From IMG/VR virus record IMGVR_UViG_3300047292_000038, positions 1 through 24,957 of that record: DNA of 24,957 nt. One strand, 5' to 3'. The position numbers and the translations under genes are program-made. Below are positions 1 to 5,848 of this stretch, one piece after another (position 1 is the stretch's first letter; every line of letters begins with the position of its first letter). The notes beneath the pieces were generated by a model, which saw nothing but the letters and a program-made list of their open reading frames with translations, did no database searches and had not been told where the DNA came from. The DNA comes from a virus. Taxonomy: Duplodnaviria; Caudoviricetes.

Positions 1-69
1 ACTTATTTTAGTGAAATTTCACATAAGATAGATACAATTTTAAGAAAAGAATTTAATCCAGAAATGTAA
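1..69 (+). CDS. 3' end of a hypothetical protein (truncated at window start)
   Basis: Frame 1 is open from base 1 (TYFSEISHKIDTILRKEFNPEM*). The TAA stop at 67-69 is part of the TAAC of the first attC-like site. Confidence 0.55.
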   Translation, partial: TYFSEISHKIDTILRKEFNPEM

Positions 70-193
70 CGTACTGCAGCTTTGTGCAGGCGGGAAAATA
101 AACCCGAATAATTTAATTAATAACTAATCTTAAAAATAAAAAACTATGTTTAAATTAAAAACTAAGTCAAGCCATTTCTTATACACGTTGTTA
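67..193 (+). repeat. attC-like site 1 (127 bp; arms poorly complementary, possibly hybrid)
   Basis: TAACG at 67, GCTT 12 nt after the start as in sites 3 and 5, TGTTA ending at 193. Contains the ATG of the 146 ORF. Confidence 0.6.
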
Positions 194-421
194 GTGGCTG
201 TTTTATTTGTCGGTTGCGACAAAAGAAGCGAATATACAAAAAAGTATATTGTATCAAAATCTGACAATAATAACTGGACTACATCTGGAATTGTAGAATG
301 TGATAGCGTTACAATGGTAGATATTAATACAGCTACTTTATGGATTGATGGACATAAAATGAATCTAAAAGGTCAAACAGTTATAGTATATTCAAATACA
401 AGTTATGTTGCTCCAAAATAG
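146..421 (+). CDS. Putative lipoprotein (cassette 1)
   Basis: Basic N-region MFKLKTK, hydrophobic stretch FLYTLLVAVLFV and lipobox-like FVG-C24. The TAG stop lies inside the cassette-end repeat. Confidence 0.7.
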   Translation: MFKLKTKSSHFLYTLLVAVLFVGCDKRSEYTKKYIVSKSDNNNWTTSGIVECDSVTMVDINTATLWIDGHKMNLKGQTVIVYSNTSYVAPK

Positions 422-425
422 CCAC

Positions 426-496
426 TAACGTTAAAACTACACAACGCCAGCCTATGTACAATTATGATTTTGGCTGGTGGTTTGTAGTGATTGTTA
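426..496 (+). repeat. attC-like site 2 (71 bp imperfect hairpin)
   Basis: Left arm TAAC-GTTAAA-ACTAC-ACAACG-CCAGCC; reverse complement of right arm TAAC-AATC-ACTAC-AAACCA-CCAGCC. Confidence 0.75.
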
Positions 497-525
497 TATT
501 CTCGGCTTTTTTACTAACAAATTAA
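454..525 (+). CDS. Possible 23-aa hydrophobic peptide starting inside site 2
   Basis: MYNYDFGWWFVVIVIFSAFLLTN*. GTT at 493 is read in frame, as in sites 3 and 5. Confidence 0.3.
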   Translation: MYNYDFGWWFVVIVIFSAFLLTN

Positions 526-535
526 AATAAACAAA

Positions 536-802
536 ATGAAAAAAACAGTAATTACACAAATTATTGAAAGATTAGAAGATGCTCAAAAGCATATAATGGC
601 AAATACGGATTATGCTATTGGGTATGATGGAGCGTTAAGCGATGCAGTTACAGTATGTGAATCATTTTTAGAAAATGAAATTTTAGAAACTGAAAAATTT
701 GCTGTTAATTTTGTTGTATGGTTAGATAAAAACAAAAAGGAATTAAGAAAAAAAATATTGATTGACGACCTTTTAAATGAATATAAAAAACAGCTTGAGT
801 AG
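536..802 (+). CDS. Hypothetical protein (cassette 2)
   Basis: 88-aa ORF with its own A-rich leader. Shares motifs with ORFs 4026 and 4250. Confidence 0.8.
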   Translation: MKKTVITQIIERLEDAQKHIMANTDYAIGYDGALSDAVTVCESFLENEILETEKFAVNFVVWLDKNKKELRKKILIDDLLNEYKKQLE

Positions 803-834
803 CTTTGGTCACAAAGTTGCTCGAAGCTGGAATA

Positions 835-960
835 TAACGTTCGAGTGCTTGGCGAAGGAGCGGAAAAGTAAAGACCAAGTTTCGATTAATCACTAAAAAT
901 AAAAGCACAAAATGAACATTGAATTAAACCAAAAGCCACAATTGAATAAACACGCTGTTA
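835..960 (+). repeat. attC-like site 3 (126 bp)
   Basis: TAACG...TGTTA. GTGCTTGGCGAAGG (845-858) is identical to 2618-2631 at the same offset. Contains ATG 912. Confidence 0.75.
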
Positions 961-1310
961 GCAGCAGTGCTTATTCTGATTTGGCTAAATTCATAAATAA
1001 ATCACACGAACGTAGATTTAACGATGCATTAATGAAACTTGTAATAGTTGAAATCCAATTAAAAAGTTTTGATTTTAATGAAAATATGATACTTCCTAGA
1101 TACTTTAATAAAAGTGTAGAATATCAGGGAGAAACATATTTAAGAAGTGCTTTTATTAAAGATTTATTGAGCAAAAAAGCAATTAATCAAACTAAAGAAT
1201 TAATTAAAAAAGGTAGTCAAATTAATTTTAAAAACACAGAGCATTTACGAAATTGGATTTCAGAAGAGACAGGAATTAACAGCGGTTCTTTGGCTGCACT
1301 TTTTGAGTAG
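912..1310 (+). CDS. Hypothetical protein (cassette 3) with site-encoded N-terminal leader
   Basis: 132-aa ORF. The first 15 codons lie in site 3 and the TAG stop overlaps the cassette-end repeat. Confidence 0.8.
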   Translation: MNIELNQKPQLNKHAVSSSAYSDLAKFINKSHERRFNDALMKLVIVEIQLKSFDFNENMILPRYFNKSVEYQGETYLRSAFIKDLLSKKAINQTKELIKKGSQINFKNTEHLRNWISEETGINSGSLAALFE

Positions 1311-1319
1311 CATTACTGC

Positions 1320-1444
1320 TAACGGTTGGGGCTTTACGCAGTGGCAAATTTCGGAAACGTAAATTTTCCGTTACTACTGAATTTCTTGCGAAAGAAAAAC
1401 GTGATTGAACCACATATTTTGCCATTGATTTCAAGCCGATGTTA
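1320..1444 (+). repeat. attC-like site 4 (125 bp)
   Basis: Left arm TAAC-GGTTGG-GGCTT-TACG-CAGTGGCAAA; reverse complement of right arm TAAC-ATC-GGCTT-GAAAT-CAATGGCAAA. Confidence 0.8.
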
Positions 1445-1496
1445 GTAGCTGTTTACGGATTATTTTACATTTATTTTAAAAATATTTGTAATTTTA

Positions 1497-1527
1497 TTTG
1501 GTAGTTACAAAATTAGTCGTATATTTG
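1497..1527 (+). promoter_or_regulatory. Bacteroidota-type housekeeping promoter (-33 TTTG / -7 TAnnTTTG)
   Basis: TTTG 1497-1500, 19-nt spacer, TATATTTG 1520-1527, upstream of ATG 1559. Inverted repeat TTTGTAA (1485-1491) / TTACAAA (1505-1511) flanks the -33 box. Confidence 0.75.
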
Positions 1528-1558
1528 TAAAAGAAATAACAACTAAAACAAATAAATT

Positions 1559-1810
1559 ATGAAACTTACAAATGCTTTAAACCTGCTAACTGATAATGAA
1601 ATGTTATTTGAAATTGAAAAAGTAACTAAAGATTATAACAAATACACTGTTATTTTTAACCAATTTACTTTAGTTTTTTATGATAATAAATCTAATGATG
1701 CCGAAAATTTTTATATTTCTAAAAACGGAGTTGATAATGGATATAACGGATATAATGGAGAATTTTTTAAAACACTAACATCGGCTATTAATTTTTTAAA
1801 ATCAAAGTAA
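1559..1810 (+). CDS. Hypothetical protein (cassette 4)
   Basis: 83-aa ORF following the promoter and an A-rich leader. Confidence 0.8.
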   Translation: MKLTNALNLLTDNEMLFEIEKVTKDYNKYTVIFNQFTLVFYDNKSNDAENFYISKNGVDNGYNGYNGEFFKTLTSAINFLKSK

Positions 1811-1811
1811 T

Positions 1812-2060
1812 ATGAAAAATAGAGAACAAAATATAGCTTATTTTCTTTTAAAATTAGGATTTGATAAAAAAGAAATTATACATTTCATAAACAGATGCAG
1901 AGTAATACCTATGATGGGTTCGGTAATGCATATAAAAGGTTTAAGTAAATCATTTGATGATTTCTTAAAAGAAATTGTTTGGAGTAAAAATATTAAAAAC
2001 GAACATAAAATAGATGGTGTTTGTTTTAGAGAATATTTAAGTAAAACATTTGATTTATGA
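1812..2060 (+). CDS. Hypothetical protein (cassette 4)
   Basis: 82-aa ORF tightly packed in the operon. Confidence 0.75.
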   Translation: MKNREQNIAYFLLKLGFDKKEIIHFINRCRVIPMMGSVMHIKGLSKSFDDFLKEIVWSKNIKNEHKIDGVCFREYLSKTFDL

Positions 2061-2158
2061 GCATTGAACAAGAAATAAAAGTGTGGGTAATTTTTTGGAG
2101 TAGTGTAGCTTTATTTTTTTGTGTTTTATGGGTTTTAAATAATTTTAAAAATAAATAA
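2057..2158 (+). CDS. Small single-TM protein (33 aa; not in ORF track)
   Basis: ATGA overlap with the upstream stop; MSIEQEIKVWVIFWSSVALFFCVLWVLNNFKNK*; fills the gap exactly. Confidence 0.6.
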   Translation: MSIEQEIKVWVIFWSSVALFFCVLWVLNNFKNK

Positions 2159-2159
2159 T

Positions 2160-2429
2160 ATGAAGTTAATAAGATGGTTAGCAGAAGTGTCTGGGGTAGC
2201 TAATAAAATAAGACAAGAACAAACTGAATTTATAGGTCATCATTTACATAATTATAGTTATTGGTTTACTGGTGGTTTATCAAATGGAAAATACGATGTT
2301 TGCAATGCGTATGCTAAATATGCTGAATTGTTAATAAAAGGAAATTCACTTTTATGGGGAGGAATGAGTAGTAGATTAAGAGATGAATTATATGAACTTT
2401 CTAAAAAAAATGAATGTGTACATAAATAA
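2160..2429 (+). CDS. Hypothetical protein (cassette 4)
   Basis: 89-aa ORF in the operon. Confidence 0.8.
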   Translation: MKLIRWLAEVSGVANKIRQEQTEFIGHHLHNYSYWFTGGLSNGKYDVCNAYAKYAELLIKGNSLLWGGMSSRLRDELYELSKKNECVHK

Positions 2430-2435
2430 CTAGCT

Positions 2436-2603
2436 ATGCAAAGACAATCAATAATAGTTTTTATTCAAGGCGATAGAATAGAAACGTACGGAAATCTAAA
2501 AAAGTGTTGTGAGTTTGAAAAATTACCCTACCACACTTTAGCACGTTTAAAATTTCCAATTCGGCTGAATGATGTCGTTATACACAAAACGCTCTTTAAA
2601 TAG
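2436..2603 (+). CDS. Small putative HTH DNA-binding protein (55 aa; not in ORF track)
   Basis: MQRQSIIVFIQGDRIETYGNLKKCCEFEKLPYHTLARLKFPIRLNDVVIHKTLFK*. Beta-hairpin plus HTH-like pattern; TAG lies within the cassette-end repeat. Confidence 0.6.
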   Translation: MQRQSIIVFIQGDRIETYGNLKKCCEFEKLPYHTLARLKFPIRLNDVVIHKTLFK

Positions 2604-2607
2604 CTAC

Positions 2608-2732
2608 TAACGGTTCGGTGCTTGGCGAAGGCTGGGATTAGAACCACTAAACTTTAAATTTAAAACAAATGATTATAGAAAGCACAAACGTTGATTTAGC
2701 ACAGAAGCCCAGCTTTTGCCAAACACCTGTTA
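2608..2732 (+). repeat. attC-like site 5 (125 bp)
   Basis: Left arm TAAC-GGTTC-GGTGCTTGGCGAAGGCTGGG; reverse complement of right arm TAAC-A-GGTGTTTGGCAAAAGCTGGG (20-bp stem, 3 mismatches). Contains ATG 2669. Confidence 0.85.
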
Positions 2733-3598
2733 CAGGCAGTACGGGTTTTAATGTACTATCTCTTTTCGATGGTATGTCTTGTGGTCAATTAGCGTTACAA
2801 AAGGCAGGAATAAAAGTAGATAATTATTTTGCGAGTGAAATTAAAAAACACGCAATACAATGTACTAAAGACAATTTTCCAAACACTAAACATATTGGTG
2901 ATGTAACAAAAGTAAAAGCTACTGATTTACCAAAAATTGATTTATTGATAGGTGGAAGTCCTTGTCAAGATTTTAGTCGTGCAAATAGCGTTCGTGATGG
3001 TTTACAAGGAATGAAATCAATGTTATTTTATGAGTACATAAGATTGCTTGAAGAAACAAAACCAAAATACTATTTACTTGAAAACGTGATAATGGATGAT
3101 ATAGGTTACAGTACAATATCTGATTTATTAGGAACTGAACCCGTAAGGCTGTGTGGTTCAAAAGTAAGTGGTGCATTAAGAGATAGATTGTTTTGGACTA
3201 ATATCGGGCCTGAAAGTTTTGATTTATTTGGAAATCGTAAAAGTGCAATACCACAACCGAGAGATAAAAAAATAATGCTGAATGATGTTTTAGAATATGG
3301 ATATTCAGATAAACGAAAACACACTTGTTTAAATACAAGTTGTGGCCGAGATGCAAACCAACGATATATGTTGCATAGATACGCAACTACTGGAATGACA
3401 ACAATAATTTATACAGACGAAACTATGGATGAAAGTAAAGGAGTGAGATATTGCACTCAAACAGAATTAGAAAAACTGCACAATATCCCAATAGGTTATA
3501 CAAAAAACCTAAATAAAGCACAAGCTGGTAATTTAATTGGCGATGGTTGGAATGTAGGGATTGTGGAGCACATTTTCTCTTATATGCAATCAACGTAG
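2669..3598 (+). CDS. DNA (cytosine-5) methyltransferase (cassette 5)
   Basis: Motif I SLFDGMSCG, catalytic GGSPCQDFS, LLENV, RxRLFW and C-terminal LIGDGW. Confidence 0.93.
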   Translation: MIIESTNVDLAQKPSFCQTPVTGSTGFNVLSLFDGMSCGQLALQKAGIKVDNYFASEIKKHAIQCTKDNFPNTKHIGDVTKVKATDLPKIDLLIGGSPCQDFSRANSVRDGLQGMKSMLFYEYIRLLEETKPKYYLLENVIMDDIGYSTISDLLGTEPVRLCGSKVSGALRDRLFWTNIGPESFDLFGNRKSAIPQPRDKKIMLNDVLEYGYSDKRKHTCLNTSCGRDANQRYMLHRYATTGMTTIIYTDETMDESKGVRYCTQTELEKLHNIPIGYTKNLNKAQAGNLIGDGWNVGIVEHIFSYMQST

Positions 3599-3643
3599 TA
3601 TTACTGGCAACTACTTGCTAACCGCTATAAATGTATTACAATT

Positions 3644-3820
3644 ATGAAACTATACACTAAAACAAAGGTTATAAGGATTTCAGAAAGTCAGTTAAAAACG
3701 CTGCAAAAAATGAAGGCTTACAATGTTGATGTAGGGCATTTTATTCGTGAAGCAATCAAAGAAAAGATTAAAAAAGAGTATAAAGAATTAATGCCTAAAC
3801 AAATTAAAACACCATTTTAA
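3644..3820 (+). CDS. Putative ribbon-helix-helix DNA-binding protein (58 aa; not in ORF track)
   Basis: MKLYTKTKVIRISESQLKTLQKMKAYNVDVGHFIREAIKEKIKK...: alternating beta strand followed by two helices. Confidence 0.7.
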   Translation: MKLYTKTKVIRISESQLKTLQKMKAYNVDVGHFIREAIKEKIKKEYKELMPKQIKTPF

Positions 3821-3822
3821 AA

Positions 3823-4029
3823 ATGAAACAATCAAAACAAAAATCTTTAGTTGAGAGCACTGTACAGACTATTATAGGCCTTGCAACTTCAATAGTGCTT
3901 CAGGTGGTACTATATCCGATATTAGGTATTCCCGTATCGTTTACACAAAATTTAATAATAACAGCCGTGTTCTTTATAGTTTCTATTGTAAGAGGGTATA
4001 TCGTACGACGAATCTTTGAAAAACTATGA
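3823..4029 (+). CDS. Small two-TM membrane protein
   Basis: 68 aa, two hydrophobic segments, C-terminal RGYIVRRIF. Confidence 0.8.
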   Translation: MKQSKQKSLVESTVQTIIGLATSIVLQVVLYPILGIPVSFTQNLIITAVFFIVSIVRGYIVRRIFEKL

Positions 4030-4253
4030 AACAGACAGCATTAAACGAACTAATTAAAATAATCAAACAAAAAAGAAACGAAAGAGAAATTTCAAACACG
4101 CTTTTAAGATTTGTACAAATTGAAGCTGAAAAGCTATTGGAAACAGAAAAACAACAAATTAAAGATGCTTTTAAAGATGGACAATTTGATGCTATTGAAA
4201 ATGAAGCATTAGGGCAAACAGAAAAATATTTTAATGAAACATTTAAAAAATGA
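4026..4253 (+). CDS. Hypothetical protein
   Basis: 75 aa, ATGA-coupled on both sides. Confidence 0.8.
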   Translation: MKQTALNELIKIIKQKRNEREISNTLLRFVQIEAEKLLETEKQQIKDAFKDGQFDAIENEALGQTEKYFNETFKK

Positions 4254-4504
4254 AACTAAAAGATAAATTTGACACTCCAATAATGCGGCACGATTTAGGT
4301 CGAAACGAAATTGAAGAAACAAAAGAGCAATGTGTTGAGATAGCAGAGGATTTTGCTATTGGGTTTGCAAAGTGGTTAGATAATAAATATTATCAAGGAA
4401 AAAATGTTAATGAATATCATAGAAGTATTGATGAATATAGAGAAGGAAAATATTTTACAGCAAAAGAACTTTTAGAAATCTACAAAAAAGAAAAACAATT
4501 ATGA
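4250..4504 (+). CDS. Hypothetical protein
   Basis: 84 aa, ATGA-coupled. Confidence 0.8.
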   Translation: MKLKDKFDTPIMRHDLGRNEIEETKEQCVEIAEDFAIGFAKWLDNKYYQGKNVNEYHRSIDEYREGKYFTAKELLEIYKKEKQL

Positions 4505-4740
4505 CACCGAAAAAAGAAGCTGAAAATTTAATAAATGAATACCGTATGATATTAATGAATGCGGATACAGAATGTGGCAACGAAATCCTTTGCACATTAA
4601 TTGCTAAAAAATGCGCTTTAATAACGGTTGATGAGATTGATAATATTTATCAAAAATTAACACCAAAAGATGATCCTTATAACTTCTTATTAGAGTTAGA
4701 ATATTGGCAAGAAGTTAAAAACCAAATAAATAAACTATGA
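4501..4740 (+). CDS. Hypothetical protein
   Basis: 79 aa, ATGA-coupled. Confidence 0.8.
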   Translation: MTPKKEAENLINEYRMILMNADTECGNEILCTLIAKKCALITVDEIDNIYQKLTPKDDPYNFLLELEYWQEVKNQINKL

Positions 4741-4870
4741 AACACTACCTAACAGAAGCCGTTCTAAAATTAATAATTTATAAAACTCCAGAAAATATTT
4801 TGAAAATAATAGAAAGAGATTTATTAATAAAAAACCCGCCTTATAAAAACCAAATAAATAAACTATGAAA
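4716..4870 (+). repeat. 27-bp exact direct repeat at gene boundaries
   Basis: TAAAAACCAAATAAATAAACTATGAAA at 4716-4742 and 4844-4870. Confidence 0.9.
4737..4868 (+). CDS. Small hypothetical protein (43 aa; not in ORF track)
   Basis: MKHYLTEAVLKLIIYKTPENILKIIERDLLIKNPPYKNQINKL*; ATGA-coupled at both ends. Confidence 0.55.
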   Translation: MKHYLTEAVLKLIIYKTPENILKIIERDLLIKNPPYKNQINKL

Positions 4871-5155
4871 TCACTATACGAAACAATCGACATTTTAAGA
4901 AAAGACCAAGGGCACAAACTTTGGGGTAAACAGTTTAATAAGTTTGACAAAGACGACTGGGCGGAAATTGAAAGGATTGAAAAATCCGATCCTGTTCAAT
5001 ATGCGAAAAAAGGAAAAACAAAAGAGGTTATGAAAATAAGCACAGGCGAAACCTTTAAGAATATTACACAATGTGCACTGGCCAACGGTATGCACCGTAA
5101 TACTCTTTTTGCGATGTTGTCTCGGGGGTATAAATGTGATTATAGACTGGTATGA
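4865..5155 (+). CDS. Hypothetical protein with C-terminal NUMOD1-like HTH
   Basis: KEVMKISTGETFKNITQCALANGMHRNTLFAML resembles the NUMOD1/IENR1 DNA-binding module. Confidence 0.65.
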   Translation: MKSLYETIDILRKDQGHKLWGKQFNKFDKDDWAEIERIEKSDPVQYAKKGKTKEVMKISTGETFKNITQCALANGMHRNTLFAMLSRGYKCDYRLV

Positions 5156-5775
5156 TGACAATTACAAACGAAGATAATATGCAGCTAATGGCTCGTTACC
5201 CTGATAACTATTTTGATTTGGCGATTGTTGATCCGCCTTATGGGATAGGATTTGACGGCTCAAAGAAAAGTACAAGTAAGCACGGTGGTAGAAAAGAATA
5301 TCAATTTAAAGGATGGGATAATAAAATACCTGAAAAAAAATACTTTAATGAATTGTTTCGTGTTTCTAAGAATCAAATAATTTGGGGTGCTAATTATTTT
5401 ACTAAATATTTACCAAGCTCAATGGGTTGGATATTTTGGGATAAAGGACAAAGAATTTGTAATTCAGATGGTGAATTAGCTTTTACTTCTTTTCAACAAG
5501 CGTTAAGGGTTGCTGAATATAACAGATGCGAAATACAAAAACACGGTGGTGCAATACACCCAACCCAAAAACCCGTTGCACTTTACAAATGGATATTAGA
5601 TAAATACGCAAAGCAAGGAGATAAAATACTTGACACGCATTTAGGAAGTGGAAGTATTGCAATAGCTTGCCACGATTACTGTTTTGATTTGACCGCTTGT
5701 GAATTAGATAAAGAATACTTTGACAAAGCAATGGAAAGAATTACGAATCACGTTGCACAACAAAAACTATTTTAG
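5152..5775 (+). CDS. DNA N6-adenine/N4-cytosine methyltransferase (beta class)
   Basis: Catalytic VDPPY precedes HPTQKP and the SAM-binding LDTHLGSGS. Confidence 0.93.
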   Translation: MMTITNEDNMQLMARYPDNYFDLAIVDPPYGIGFDGSKKSTSKHGGRKEYQFKGWDNKIPEKKYFNELFRVSKNQIIWGANYFTKYLPSSMGWIFWDKGQRICNSDGELAFTSFQQALRVAEYNRCEIQKHGGAIHPTQKPVALYKWILDKYAKQGDKILDTHLGSGSIAIACHDYCFDLTACELDKEYFDKAMERITNHVAQQKLF

Positions 5776-5793
5776 TTAATAAAAAGTTAAATA

Positions 5794-5826
5794 ATATACA
5801 AAGTGTATATATATTTTTTAAGTTTG
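5794..5826 (+). promoter_or_regulatory. Putative promoter (-7 box) with upstream operator-like palindrome
   Basis: TAAGTTTG 5819-5826. ATATACA-AAG-TGTATAT (5794-5810) occupies the -33 region. Confidence 0.55.
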
Positions 5827-5848
5827 TAACCAATTAAAAAACTAAATT

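Larger units (their letters stand above)
67..3611 (+). mobile_element. Integron-like gene cassette array (5 attC-like sites, 5 cassettes, no integrase in window)
   Basis: Five TAACG...TGTTA-bounded sites alternate with gene units whose 5' end (GTTA...) is the reverse complement of their own 3' end (...TAAC). See findings. Confidence 0.75.

Noticed and set aside
511-520. Extra TAAC (TTACTAAC) shortly after site 2
   Set aside because: Not followed by G or by a stem arm, and has no partner GTTA.
1733-1760. 9-bp tandem repeat encoding NGY-NGY-NG
   Set aside because: Short in-frame coding repeat with no evidence of a separate function.
190-2611. IS/MITE or shufflon reading of the cassette-end inverted repeats
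   Set aside because: No transposase or target-site duplications; each unit has its own end sequence and all genes face the same way. Excision/insertion fits better, although inversion is not excluded.
67-2732. CRISPR array interpretation of the recurring sites
   Set aside because: Repeats are long, non-identical and separated by whole genes; no cas genes are present.
419-3598. Stop-codon reassignment, since all five cassettes' last genes end in TAG
   Set aside because: Long genes (TerL, capsid, tape measure) are intact under the standard code. In four of five cases the TAG is part of or abuts the cassette-end repeat.
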